From: Patescibacteria group bacterium
GTDB lineage: Bacteria; Patescibacteriota; Minisyncoccia; Minisyncoccales; RBG-13-42-11
NCBI GenBank assembly: GCA_035529635.1
Contig: DATKWJ010000003.1
Span: 1 to 48,390 of the forward strand
DNA: 48,390 nucleotides
Direction of reading: 5' to 3'
Below are positions 11,233-21,125 of the stretch, piece by piece. The translations under genes and the position numbers were made by a program. Position 1 is the first letter of the stretch. Each line of letters begins with the position of its first letter. Below the pieces are notes generated by a model. It did no database searches. It was not told the origin of the DNA and saw only the letters and a program-made list of their open reading frames with translations.

Positions 11233-11703
11233 TTATTGAAAAAGACACTGACTGGAGTAAAACGGTATGGAAATCGATTTGTGTCCGGCACAAGTTATAC
11301 TGTCTATCCGGCAAGGATTTTCGGAAAATTCCAATTCGTTCTCATCGATAACGTAATACTTTCCCCAAGGATCAAGTATGGCGCCGGGAAGACCCAAATT
11401 CTGGAGAGTGGTTTCCATTCTGATCCTGCAGGCCTCGCACTGATAATCGCATTCCGCCGGACTATAGCAGGAGCAAGCCGAGCAGCCGCTGCCGGTGATA
11501 TATCTTAAAACCTTGTCTTGGTCGTGCCTTGCCATCAAAACGGCGCGCAGTATCAAAGAAAGATCTGATTCCATTTTGGCGATTTTCGCTCTTTCCCTAA
11601 TTTCTTTCAAACTAACGAAAATAATAGAAGACAGCAGGCCGATAAGGGCAATAACTACTAAAAGTTCAATCAGAGTGAAACTTTTTTCCCGCCTTTTTGG
11701 CAT
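11233..11703 (-). CDS. Type IV pilin / pseudopilin-like protein
   Basis: KS|FTLIELLVVIALIGLLSSII prepilin N-terminus, DPWG motif, several Cys; ATG at 11703 preferred as start. Confidence 0.88.
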   Translation of the reverse strand: MPKRREKSFTLIELLVVIALIGLLSSIIFVSLKEIRERAKIAKMESDLSLILRAVLMARHDQDKVLRYITGSGCSACSCYSPAECDYQCEACRIRMETTLQNLGLPGAILDPWGKYYVIDENELEFSENPCRIDSITCAGHKSISIPFYSSQCLFQ

Positions 11704-11716
11704 CTTGATTTTATTG

Positions 11717-14095
11717 TTAATTGGTTCTGCTTTTAGCAAGGTTCAAAATCGTTTTGATAACCGCGTCCGGATTCAAAGATATTGACTCAATCCCCTCTTT
11801 AACCAGGAATTCGGCAAATTCAAAATCGTCGCTCGGACCCTGGCCGCAAATGCCGCAGTATTTCTTTTTCTCCCGGCAGGTTTTGATTATTTTTTTAATC
11901 ATTTCCTTGACGGCCGCGTTTCTTTCATCGCCGATGTAAGCTATTTTGGCGTTATCTCTGTCCAGACCCAGAACCAACTGGGCCAGATCGTTGCTGCCGA
12001 TGGAATAGCCGTCGAAAATCTTCAAGAATTCATCGGCCAGAACGACATTGGAAGGAATTTCCGCCATAACGTAAACCTTCAAATTTTTAGCGCCTTTTCT
12101 CAAGCCGAATTTTTTCATCAGCTCGATAACCGCTCTGCCTTCTGCCGGAGTGCGGCAGAAAGGAACCATGACTGAAATATTTTCCAAGCCGAAAATTTCC
12201 CGGCACCTTTTAATCGACTGGCATTCCATATTAAAAGCCGGCTGGAAATCCTTGTCCAGATAGCGGCTGGCTCCCCGGAAACCCAGCATGGGATTTTTTT
12301 CTTCTTCTTCGAACAATTCGCCGCCGATCAGATTTTTATATTCGTTCGATTTGAAATCGGAAAAGCGGACAATGACTTCTTTGGGCCAAAAAGCCGAAGC
12401 TATTTGGGCAACGCCTTCAGCCAATTCTTTAATGAAGAATTCTTTTTTATCTTTATGTTCAATGGTCAATTTTTCTATCTCTTTTTTTATTTTCCCGTTT
12501 TTAAGAGTTTTATAGTGATAAAGCGCCAAAGGATGGACTCTGACTTTCTCGGCGATGATGAATTCCTCCCGGGCCAAACCCACTCCGTCCGTCGGCAGAA
12601 AAGAAGTTTTGAAAGCGATCTCCGGCGCACCGATGTTAACCATTATCTTTGTCTTAAGTTTGGGGATTTTCTTTAAATCGTATTTTCTGACTCTGAACGG
12701 AACGCTGCCGAGATAAATTCTGCCGTTCAATCCCTGAGTGCAGTCCACGGTTATCAATTGTCCGGTTTTTAAAATTTCGGTCGCCTTTTTCGCGCCGACA
12801 ATGGCTGTTACTCCCAGTTCCCGGCCGATAATCGCCGCATGGCAGGTTTTGCCTCCTTCTTCGGTAACAATGGCTGAAGCCAATCTCATAACCGGCACCC
12901 AGTCCGGATCCGTCATTCTGGTGACCAAAACTTCCCCTTTCCGGAATTGGGATATTTTTGAGACGTCGGTGATTATCCTGACCTTGCCTTGATTGATTTT
13001 GTCGCCGATGGCTGTGCCGGTCAGAATCGGTTTTTTCTTAGTTTTTATCTCATATTCATGATAAGAGGAAATCTTCTTCTGACTCTGCACTGTTTCCGGC
13101 CTGGATTGAACGATAAAAAGCTGTCCAGTCTGGCCGTCTTTGGCCCACTCGATGTCCTGGGCCTTAGCGTAATGTTTTTCAATGGCCACCGCCCATTTGG
13201 CCAAGGTCAGAATTTCTTCGTCAGTCAAAGAAAACTTAAGCTGGTCTTTTTCCGCCACCTGGATTTCTTTTATGCCGCCGTTCCGGGCAAAAACGTATTT
13301 TTTCGTTTTCCTGCCCAGGTTTTTAAGGATTATCGACTTAAAACCCTTGGCCAAAGTTGGTTTGTGCACATAAAACTCGTCCGGAGTGATTTTCCCCTGA
13401 ACGATCATTTCTCCCACTCCGAAAACCGAGCTTACCAGGACCACGTCCGGAAAGCCGGTTTCCGTATCCAGGGTGAATATTATCCCGGAGCAGGCCGTAT
13501 CCGAACCGACCATCTTCTGGACGCCGATAGAAAGGGCGAACTCCAAATGGGAAATTTTCTTCTCGTCCCGATAGGCAATTACCCTGTCGCTAAAAGACGA
13601 AGCCAGACATTTTTTAACCGCAGCCAGCAGCTCTTCTTTTGCTTTGACGTTTAAAAAAGTTTCGAACTGGCCGGCGAAAGAATCTTTGGGGGCGTCTTCG
13701 GCCACGCCGGAAGACCTGACCGCCACCCCGCAGTTCTTCCCGTATTTCTTCTCCAACCCCTGATAAGCCTTGATGATTTCTTTTTTTAAATCATCGGGAA
13801 GCCTGGCTGCCAAAACGAGCTTTCTGGCCTGTTGACCAGTTTGCTGCAAGCTTTTAATGCTGGCTGGCTTGAAGTTGGCGAAAATTCCTTTCAATTTGCT
13901 GACCAAATTATTTTCTTCCAAGAAATGCCAATAAGCGGCGGAAGTCAAAGCAAAACCGTCCGGAACATTGATGCCCTGGCCGGACAATTGGTTGAACATC
14001 TCGCCCAAAGAGGCATTCTTGCCGCCGACTAAAGGAATGTCTTTTTTTGACAGTTCCTTTAGCCAAAGAACGAATTTTTCGGATTTCTCAATCAT
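11717..14095 (-). CDS. ppsA: Phosphoenolpyruvate synthase
   Basis: GGKNASLGE, VQSRPETV, GGKTCHAAI and IGSNDL motifs; all three domains present. Confidence 0.96.
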   Translation of the reverse strand: MIEKSEKFVLWLKELSKKDIPLVGGKNASLGEMFNQLSGQGINVPDGFALTSAAYWHFLEENNLVSKLKGIFANFKPASIKSLQQTGQQARKLVLAARLPDDLKKEIIKAYQGLEKKYGKNCGVAVRSSGVAEDAPKDSFAGQFETFLNVKAKEELLAAVKKCLASSFSDRVIAYRDEKKISHLEFALSIGVQKMVGSDTACSGIIFTLDTETGFPDVVLVSSVFGVGEMIVQGKITPDEFYVHKPTLAKGFKSIILKNLGRKTKKYVFARNGGIKEIQVAEKDQLKFSLTDEEILTLAKWAVAIEKHYAKAQDIEWAKDGQTGQLFIVQSRPETVQSQKKISSYHEYEIKTKKKPILTGTAIGDKINQGKVRIITDVSKISQFRKGEVLVTRMTDPDWVPVMRLASAIVTEEGGKTCHAAIIGRELGVTAIVGAKKATEILKTGQLITVDCTQGLNGRIYLGSVPFRVRKYDLKKIPKLKTKIMVNIGAPEIAFKTSFLPTDGVGLAREEFIIAEKVRVHPLALYHYKTLKNGKIKKEIEKLTIEHKDKKEFFIKELAEGVAQIASAFWPKEVIVRFSDFKSNEYKNLIGGELFEEEEKNPMLGFRGASRYLDKDFQPAFNMECQSIKRCREIFGLENISVMVPFCRTPAEGRAVIELMKKFGLRKGAKNLKVYVMAEIPSNVVLADEFLKIFDGYSIGSNDLAQLVLGLDRDNAKIAYIGDERNAAVKEMIKKIIKTCREKKKYCGICGQGPSDDFEFAEFLVKEGIESISLNPDAVIKTILNLAKSRTN

Positions 14096-14097
14096 TT

Positions 14098-14586
14098 TTA
14101 TTTTGTTTTTTCCTTTTCCACGGCCTTGGTAATCATTTCTTCAGCCGTTTTTTTGTCTTTGAATCCTTTGAGTTTGACCCATTTTTCCGGCTCCAAATTC
14201 TTGTAATTCTCGAAAAATTCCCTTATTTCCGCTTTCTGGTGCTCCGGTAAATCGTCGATATTATCTATTCCTTTAAATCTCGGATCGATCTTTTCCGCTG
14301 GCCTGGCCAAAATTTTATGGTCAATGCCGGCTTCGTCCTCCATCTCCAAAACGCCGATCACTTCGGCTTCGACAAGGCAGCCGGGAAAAGTCGGAAAAGA
14401 AGAAAGCAAAACGCAGTCCAACGGATCTCCGTCTTCGCCCCTGGTGGCCAGAATAAATCCGTATTCAAAAGGAAAATACATCGGGCCATGAAGGGTCCTG
14501 TCCAATTTTATCTGCTGTATTTCCTCGTCAAATTCGAACTTCTGTTTGGAAAATTTCGGAATTTCAACGAAAACTTTAATTTTCAT
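14098..14586 (-). CDS. ppa: Family I inorganic pyrophosphatase
   Basis: DGDPLD, MEDEAGIDHK and FFENYKNLE motifs. Confidence 0.95.
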   Translation of the reverse strand: MKIKVFVEIPKFSKQKFEFDEEIQQIKLDRTLHGPMYFPFEYGFILATRGEDGDPLDCVLLSSFPTFPGCLVEAEVIGVLEMEDEAGIDHKILARPAEKIDPRFKGIDNIDDLPEHQKAEIREFFENYKNLEPEKWVKLKGFKDKKTAEEMITKAVEKEKTK

Positions 14587-14610
14587 ATTTTTGAAAATAT
14601 CTGCTTTTAT

Positions 14611-15225
14611 TTATTCATCGGCGACCTTTTTAAAATGCATTTCGACAATTTCACCTTCTCCTTTGGTCTGTATATTGGCTGCGTTTCCTTCGTCAGTATC
14701 AAGATGCAGGCAAAACCGCGATTTCTTTCCCAGGCGGACTTTGACGTTATGGAAAGTCAAAGCGCAGAGACCGTTCACTTCGACTGAAACCGACATTTTG
14801 TCTTTCAAACCCAATTTTTCGGCTTTTTTGAAATCGGAATGAATGTGCCGCCAATTGTTGATTACTCCCCGTCTAATCTTAATTTTCCCTTTCGGACCGA
14901 CTAAAGTGGCGGCCGGCGTTCCTTTAAGGTCGCCCGAATCCCTGACCGGAGGCTTTATCCCCAATAAAATGGCATCGGTCTTGGATAATTCCACTTGGGT
15001 TTCTTTGCGGACAGGCCCCAATACCCTGAAATTCAAGCTTTTACCGGAATCGCCTCTGACTTCCAAAATTTCTTCGGCGGCGAATTCACCGGGCTGAAAA
15101 AGATTTCTCAGTTTTTTTAATTTATATCTTTTGCCGAAAAGTACCTCCAAGTCTTTCTGAGATAAGTGGATATGCCGCGCCGACACCTCAATGGGAATTT
15201 TTTCTTTAAGAATTTTTCCCCGCAT
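14611..15225 (-). CDS. pduL: Phosphate propanoyl/acetyltransferase PduL
   Basis: SARHIHL, RHIH and HLDTDEGNA motifs. Confidence 0.92.
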   Translation of the reverse strand: MRGKILKEKIPIEVSARHIHLSQKDLEVLFGKRYKLKKLRNLFQPGEFAAEEILEVRGDSGKSLNFRVLGPVRKETQVELSKTDAILLGIKPPVRDSGDLKGTPAATLVGPKGKIKIRRGVINNWRHIHSDFKKAEKLGLKDKMSVSVEVNGLCALTFHNVKVRLGKKSRFCLHLDTDEGNAANIQTKGEGEIVEMHFKKVADE

Positions 15226-17149
15226 TTTCCGTCAATATTTTCTTAATTTTATCAACACTTTCAGGATTGGACAAAGTGGACAAATCGCCGAGTTCTTCTC
15301 CGGTGAACAGTTTCTTCAAAATCCGGCGCATGATTTTCCCGGAACGGGTTTTGGGTAAATCTTCGACCAGATAAATTTCCTTGGGCAGGGCGATCGGCCC
15401 GATTTCTTTTTTAATCAGTTCTCTTATTTCCGTTTTTATTTCCGCGGCCGGCTTTTCCCCCGAGTAGACCAGAAAAACCGCCGGTACTTCTCCCTTTATC
15501 TCGTCATGAATTCCTATGACCGCGCATTCGGTAATATCCAAATGCAGGTTGACCGCTTCTTCCAATTCGCCGGTGCTTAATCTGTGGCCGGCCATCTTAA
15601 TGACGTCATCCACCCGGCCGATAATCCTGACCAAGCCGTTTTCGTCCGCCAGGGCGCCGTCCGAAGTGAAATAAACATTATGGCCGTACTGGCTCCAGTA
15701 AGTTTCCAGATATTTTGAAGGATTCTTGTAAATTCCCCTGAACATGCCGGGAGAAAACGGCGGCAGGATAACCAAATTACCCTGATTCCCCGGCTGACAT
15801 GATTTTCCTTTATCATCGAGAATGTCGATTTTTACTCCGGGAAAAGGCAAACCGGTAAAAGCCGGCTTGAAAGGTCCGATACCCGGCAGAGAAGTTATTA
15901 AAATCCCTCCGGTTTCCGTCTGCCACCAAGTATCAACCAACGGACATTTGCTTCTGCCGATTTTTTCAAAAAACCACTGCCAGGCAGCTTCGTCAATCGG
16001 CTCTCCCACTGAACCCAGCAGGCGCAAACTATTGAATTCATGGCCTTTCAGAATCTCCAGGCCGTTTTTTTCAAACATTCTGATGGCTGTCGGCGCAGTA
16101 TAAAAAATAGTTACCTTGTGTTCTTCGATAATCCGCGCCCAGCGGTCAGTCGATGGCCAATCTGGAGCGCCTTCGAACATCAAAGCGGTAATACCGTTCA
16201 ATAAAGGCGAATAAATCGTGTAAGTGTGGCCAGTAATCCAGCCCGGGTCGGAAGTGCACCAGAGAATGTCGTCATCATGAAAATCGAATATCCAGTGGCC
16301 AGTGATTTTCGCCTGGACAGCGTAGCCGCCGCAAGTATGGACGCAACCCTTGGGTTTGCCGGTCGAGCCGGAGGTGTAAAGTATGAAAAAAGGATCTTCC
16401 GCCTCCATCACTTCAGCCGGGCATTCTTCTTTTTCTTCTTTGATTATTTCTTCAAACCATAAATCGCGGTTTTCCTGCCAGGAAATTTCATTGGCCGTTC
16501 TTTTGACGACGATGACTTTTTCAATATCGGTTTCTTTGATCCCCTCGTCGGCGTTCCGCTTCAGATCAATGACCTGCCCTCTCCGGTAATAGCCGTCAGC
16601 TGTTATCAAAACCTTGGCTTTGGTATCCTGCAGTCTTATCTGCAAAGCATGGGGCGAGAAAGCGGAAAAAACCACGCTGTGGACCGCGCCGATTCTGGCG
16701 CAGGCCAGCATGGCGATTATTATTTCGGGAATCATCGGCATATAAATTCCCACCCTGTCCCCTTTCTTCACTCCCAATTTTTTCAAAGCATTGGCGAATT
16801 TGCCGACAACAGAAAACAGTTCTTTATAAGTTAAAATCCGGGGCGCTTCTTTGTCCGGTTCCGGCTGCCAGATCAAAGCGGTCTTATTCTTAATCTTATC
16901 CCAGCCCTTGGGATTTTCCTCAAAAATATTGGCGGTGATGTTTGTTTTCCCGCCGACAAACCATTTGAAATACGGCGGTTCATGCTCAAAAGCTTTTTGC
17001 CATTTTTCATACCAAAAAAGCTCCTGGGCCGCTTTTTCCCAGAATTTAACCGGATCTTCCGTTGCTTCCCGATATATTTTCTCGTCATTTACCAGAGCTT
17101 TTTTCTTGAAATCTTCGCTCGGATAATAAAGATTATTTTTCTTTAACAT
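15206..17149 (-). CDS. acs: Acetyl-CoA synthetase (AMP-forming)
   Basis: YTSGSTGKPKG, DTWWQTETGG and PKTRSGKIMRR motifs. Confidence 0.96.
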   Translation of the reverse strand: MLKKNNLYYPSEDFKKKALVNDEKIYREATEDPVKFWEKAAQELFWYEKWQKAFEHEPPYFKWFVGGKTNITANIFEENPKGWDKIKNKTALIWQPEPDKEAPRILTYKELFSVVGKFANALKKLGVKKGDRVGIYMPMIPEIIIAMLACARIGAVHSVVFSAFSPHALQIRLQDTKAKVLITADGYYRRGQVIDLKRNADEGIKETDIEKVIVVKRTANEISWQENRDLWFEEIIKEEKEECPAEVMEAEDPFFILYTSGSTGKPKGCVHTCGGYAVQAKITGHWIFDFHDDDILWCTSDPGWITGHTYTIYSPLLNGITALMFEGAPDWPSTDRWARIIEEHKVTIFYTAPTAIRMFEKNGLEILKGHEFNSLRLLGSVGEPIDEAAWQWFFEKIGRSKCPLVDTWWQTETGGILITSLPGIGPFKPAFTGLPFPGVKIDILDDKGKSCQPGNQGNLVILPPFSPGMFRGIYKNPSKYLETYWSQYGHNVYFTSDGALADENGLVRIIGRVDDVIKMAGHRLSTGELEEAVNLHLDITECAVIGIHDEIKGEVPAVFLVYSGEKPAAEIKTEIRELIKKEIGPIALPKEIYLVEDLPKTRSGKIMRRILKKLFTGEELGDLSTLSNPESVDKIKKILTENAGKNS

Positions 17150-17179
17150 GTTGTTTAATTATATCAAAAATTCAGAAAT

Positions 17180-17215
17180 AAACAAAATACAGGGGCGAAT
17201 CCCCTGTTATTGTTT
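17180..17215 (-). terminator. Terminator after gap
   Basis: ACAGGGG-cgaat-CCCCTGT hairpin with A/T-rich flanks. Confidence 0.6.
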
Positions 17216-17233
17216 AAATTTCAATAATTAAAA

Positions 17234-18259
17234 TTATAATCTTTTGCCAACGTATTCGGCGAATTCTGCCAAACGGCAGGCATAAGCCCATTCATTATCG
17301 TACCAAGCAACGACTTTGACCAGATTATCCCCGGCCATGGTCAATTCGGCATCAACCACAGCAGAAAAAGAGTTTCCTTTATAATCGGAAGAAACCAAGA
17401 GAGCGTCTTCTATACCCAAAATGCCGTTCAATTCTTTCTGCTGGGCTGCTTTTTTAAAGAGATAATTAACTTCTTGGGCATCTGTTTCTTTTTCCACCGA
17501 ACAAATCAAATCCAAGATTGAAACCGTGGGCGTGGGGACTCTTAAAGCAATGCCGTCCAATTTGCCTTTCAGTTCGGGAATTACGTTGCCGATGGCTTTG
17601 GCCGCGCCAGTCGTGGTCGGAATGATGTTAACGGCGGCCGCCCTGGCTCTCCTTAAATCTTTGTGAGCCAAATCCAGAATCCGCTGGTCGTTGGTATAGC
17701 TGTGGACCGTTGTCATAAAACCCTTAACAATGCCGAAATTCTGATGGAGAATCTTGGCAACAGGCGCCAGGCAATTGGTGGTGCAGGAACCCATATCCAT
17801 TATTTCATCTTTCTCTTTGTCGAATTTCTCTTCATTCACCCCCAAAACATAGGAAGGAATTTTTTCCGGATTTTTCGAAGGAGCAGAGATAATAACTTTC
17901 TTGGCGCCGGCAGTCAGATGTTTTTTCGCTCCCTCGTAGTCGGTAAAAGCTCCTGAACATTCCAGAACGATATCTATACCCAGGTCCTGCCAGGGCAGTT
18001 TTAAAGGATCGGTTTCCTGGAAAACTCTGATTTTTTTGCCTCTGGAAGTGCCGTCGATCAAAAGCTCGTTTTGGCCGAATTTGACGGTTTTATTGTAAAT
18101 GCCGTACGAAGAATCGTATTTCAAAAGATGAGCCAATATTTTGGTATCGCTTAAATCGTTGATGGCCGCCACTTCCAAATCGGGATGATTGTTTAAAATC
18201 CTCTTTAAAACAGGCCTGCCTATCCGACCGAAGCCGTTAATGGCGATTTTTGTCTGCAT
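17234..18259 (-). CDS. gap: Glyceraldehyde-3-phosphate dehydrogenase, type I
   Basis: INGFGRIGR, SCTTNCLAP and WYDNEW motifs. Confidence 0.97.
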   Translation of the reverse strand: MQTKIAINGFGRIGRPVLKRILNNHPDLEVAAINDLSDTKILAHLLKYDSSYGIYNKTVKFGQNELLIDGTSRGKKIRVFQETDPLKLPWQDLGIDIVLECSGAFTDYEGAKKHLTAGAKKVIISAPSKNPEKIPSYVLGVNEEKFDKEKDEIMDMGSCTTNCLAPVAKILHQNFGIVKGFMTTVHSYTNDQRILDLAHKDLRRARAAAVNIIPTTTGAAKAIGNVIPELKGKLDGIALRVPTPTVSILDLICSVEKETDAQEVNYLFKKAAQQKELNGILGIEDALLVSSDYKGNSFSAVVDAELTMAGDNLVKVVAWYDNEWAYACRLAEFAEYVGKRL

Positions 18260-18270
18260 AAAAATTACCG

Positions 18271-18501
18271 TTATTCCAATCCCAAAAGATTGGAAATTTT
18301 TTCCTTGTCGAAACCCTCCACGATTTCGCCGTTTATCTCCACCACCGGCACTTCCATTTTGCCGGTTTTTTCCACCATGTAATCCCGGGCTTTTTCATCC
18401 TTGGAAACGTCTATTTCTTCGAAACTCACCTTATTCTCCCTTAAGAATTCTTTCAGCGTAAAACAGTAAGGGCAGGTTGGCGTAGCATAAACTTTAACCA
18501 T
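18271..18501 (-). CDS. Glutaredoxin/NrdH-like protein
   Basis: MVKVYATPTCPYC...VPVVEINGEIVEGFD; start reassigned to ATG at 18501. Confidence 0.9.
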   Translation of the reverse strand: MVKVYATPTCPYCFTLKEFLRENKVSFEEIDVSKDEKARDYMVEKTGKMEVPVVEINGEIVEGFDKEKISNLLGLE

Positions 18502-18512
18502 AGAACTAAATC

Positions 18513-19511
18513 TTACTCGCAGCTGCCGCCGGCTAAAGGAGCAGCCGTGCCGGCGCCGAGCCCGGCAACAGGAGATTCGCTGGAAAGAGTTTGCGAACAT
18601 TCTGCGGGCGCATTGTTAAACGCCTGGCAGATAGCCTGCTTAAATGCTTCCGGAGATCTCGGATTGATATTGACCACTGTGTCGTTGATGACTATGGTCG
18701 GCGAACCCTGGACGCTGTATTTTTGATTGAGGTCAGTATGAACATCGAATTTCGGATAACTGCCGCTCAGCCAGGTGCTTTTGTCGTTATACTGGCTGGT
18801 AATTTTGTAGTCGGCGTCTGTTTTTTCCACGCAGGCCGAAATTTTCGCCTTATTTATGTTGGCTTGCGAAAAGCAGGCCTCCGAATCGCCGCTAACGACG
18901 AAACAGCTCAAATAAGCGCTGAATTTTTCGTTTTCCTCTTTCTGAATGCAATATTGATTCAGGTTTTCGTCAATCTCTTGTTTTTCGTGCATGATATAGT
19001 TGACGAAATAAACTCCCATCTCAGCTTTGTTTTTCAGCAAATCGTAAACCGGTAAAAACATCTTTTGCGCCTGCAAACCGTAAGGGCAATAGCTCATGAC
19101 GAAAATCTTGACGTCGGGTTTGTCGCTCTTGGGAACTTCAACGTTAACATTAGCATTAGTATTAGTATCGGCGCCGGCCGCTGCCACTTTTTCCGTCATA
19201 TTATAACCCTCGGGAAATAAATATACGCCGTCTTTGGAGATGTAAGAATCATACTCGTTTTCTTGAATTTTCAGGCGGATTTTGTAAACGCTTCCTATGT
19301 CCGAAACATCAACCAAAGAAGCGGTCATTTCCGGGGACAAAAGATTCTCATTAAGATAATTTATGGTCGCTTCGGCTGTTTGCTGAAGCGATTCCCCGGT
19401 TGCCGCCGGCCCTGTTGTTCCTTTCTGATTAACATAAATAACGGCTGCCGCTATTATTACGGCCGCGGCGATAACGGATGAAACGATTGTTTTGGTGCTT
19501 TTATCCCACAT
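18513..19511 (-). CDS. Membrane-anchored thioredoxin-fold (DsbA/GILT-like) protein
   Basis: N-terminal TM helix, FVMSYCPYG and VQGSPTIVIN motifs. Confidence 0.75.
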   Translation of the reverse strand: MWDKSTKTIVSSVIAAAVIIAAAVIYVNQKGTTGPAATGESLQQTAEATINYLNENLLSPEMTASLVDVSDIGSVYKIRLKIQENEYDSYISKDGVYLFPEGYNMTEKVAAAGADTNTNANVNVEVPKSDKPDVKIFVMSYCPYGLQAQKMFLPVYDLLKNKAEMGVYFVNYIMHEKQEIDENLNQYCIQKEENEKFSAYLSCFVVSGDSEACFSQANINKAKISACVEKTDADYKITSQYNDKSTWLSGSYPKFDVHTDLNQKYSVQGSPTIVINDTVVNINPRSPEAFKQAICQAFNNAPAECSQTLSSESPVAGLGAGTAAPLAGGSCE

Positions 19512-19532
19512 ATTTTTATTGTGTTTTAAAAA

Positions 19533-19739
19533 TTATTTTTTATTAATTTTATTCAAACCTTTTAATATTTTAACTATGTCCATATTATACATTTTACAAA
19601 TATCGTCAAGTCTCAATTCCTCCATCTCATTTTGGGCAAAAGGGCAAGTCAAGCAAGGCATCTTATGTTTTGTCAGAATTTCTTTCGCTCCCGGCTTCTT
19701 TAAAATCTCGGCTAAAGTCGTATTTCCGGTGATTTTCAT
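19533..19739 (-). CDS. DUF1858-like small CxxC protein
   Basis: KITGNTTLAEIL..P....IL..HKMPCLTCP pattern. Confidence 0.75.
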   Translation of the reverse strand: MKITGNTTLAEILKKPGAKEILTKHKMPCLTCPFAQNEMEELRLDDICKMYNMDIVKILKGLNKINKK

Positions 19740-19744
19740 AAATT

Positions 19745-20512
19745 TTATTGCGCCAGCCAGCCGCCGTCAACCACAACTATGGAACCGGTTATGTAAGAAG
19801 AATCATTGGAAGCCAGAAATAAAACCGCATTGGCAATTTCTTCCGGCTTGCCCATTCTGCGCATGGGAATCATGGCCAAGGTTTGCTCCAATGTTTTGGG
19901 GTCTGTTTTGACCGAAGCAGCCATAGGCGTGTCAATGGCGCCTGGAGCAATGGTATTGACTCTGATATTATGCGGAGCCAATTCAAGAGCCAGAGTTTTA
20001 GTCAAAGCCGCAATGCCTCCTTTTGAAGCCGAATAATGGGCCAGGCCTGCCATACCCATGCCTATCTGCCCCATAACTACGGAAGCGATGTTGACGATGG
20101 CGCCGGATTTTTGCTTGACCATTTCTTTGGCCGCCGCTTTGGCGCAAAGAAAATAACCTTTCAAATTGATATCCAAAGTTTTCTGCCATTCGTCTTCGGT
20201 TAATTCCAAAAAGGGCTTAAACTGGCAAATGCCGGCATTGTTAACTAAAATATCCACTTTGCCGAATTTTTCAACGGTTTTTTTGATCATTTCTTCGACT
20301 TCTTTTCCATTGCTTACATCGCATTTCACAGCTAAACCTTGTCCGCCGTTTTTCTCGATTTCGTCAACCACCAGCTGGCATTCTTCTTGAGAAATATCGG
20401 CTACCGTTACTTTGGCGCCGTTTTCGGCGAAAGCCAAAGCATCGGCTTTTCCCATACCTTGTCGGCTGCCGGTGATAATAACTGCTTTTCCTTTTAAATC
20501 TTCGTACTTCAT
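19745..20512 (-). CDS. SDR-family oxidoreductase (FabG-like)
   Basis: TGSRQGMG, LVNNAG and YSASK motifs. Confidence 0.92.
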   Translation of the reverse strand: MKYEDLKGKAVIITGSRQGMGKADALAFAENGAKVTVADISQEECQLVVDEIEKNGGQGLAVKCDVSNGKEVEEMIKKTVEKFGKVDILVNNAGICQFKPFLELTEDEWQKTLDINLKGYFLCAKAAAKEMVKQKSGAIVNIASVVMGQIGMGMAGLAHYSASKGGIAALTKTLALELAPHNIRVNTIAPGAIDTPMAASVKTDPKTLEQTLAMIPMRRMGKPEEIANAVLFLASNDSSYITGSIVVVDGGWLAQ

Positions 20513-20552
20513 TTTTTTACGATTATTTATTGCTTAAAAATGACCTTTTATA

Positions 20553-21125
20553 TTATTCTACAATTTTCCTCACAAATAGTCCACAAAGGCATTTGCCCTG
20601 CTGCTCGATTTCTTCAGGATGATAAACGCAAGGACAGATGATTTTTTTATCCTCTTCCTGGTTGCCGGTGATTTTCCGGCAAGGGCAGTATTTCTCTCCG
20701 AGCTTTTTCTTTCTGTCTGATAAACTCCTGATAATCGTTTCCGTTATTCTTCTGTCCGGATTGAGCGAAAAGCCGTTTTTTTCGGCATAGGCCCGATATT
20801 CCTGAAGCAGCAAATTTTCTGCCAGCCAAGTTCTGATTGCTTCTGCCGGCTTTAAGCCGAGAAAACCGCCGGCCGGCTTTCCATCCATAAAAAGAACTAT
20901 TGTCGGAGCCGCGTTAATGCCGTATTTCTGGGCAGTCAAGGGAGCGTTGTCCAGATTGACTTTGGCGAAGATTATTCTTCCCTCGAACTCTTGGACCATT
21001 TTTTCCAAAATCGGCGCCAGTAAAAAACAGGGACCGCAGCCCGGCAGCCAAAAATCAACTAACAGCGGCTTGTCCGCCTTGAGAATTTCCTTTTCAAAAT
21101 TTTCATCCGTCAGATCGATAAACAT
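20553..21125 (-). CDS. Thioredoxin fused to a ferredoxin:thioredoxin reductase catalytic-subunit-like domain
   Basis: N-terminal VDFWLPGCGPC; C-terminal YCPCR...ICPC...KCLCGLF. Confidence 0.85.
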   Translation of the reverse strand: MFIDLTDENFEKEILKADKPLLVDFWLPGCGPCFLLAPILEKMVQEFEGRIIFAKVNLDNAPLTAQKYGINAAPTIVLFMDGKPAGGFLGLKPAEAIRTWLAENLLLQEYRAYAEKNGFSLNPDRRITETIIRSLSDRKKKLGEKYCPCRKITGNQEEDKKIICPCVYHPEEIEQQGKCLCGLFVRKIVE

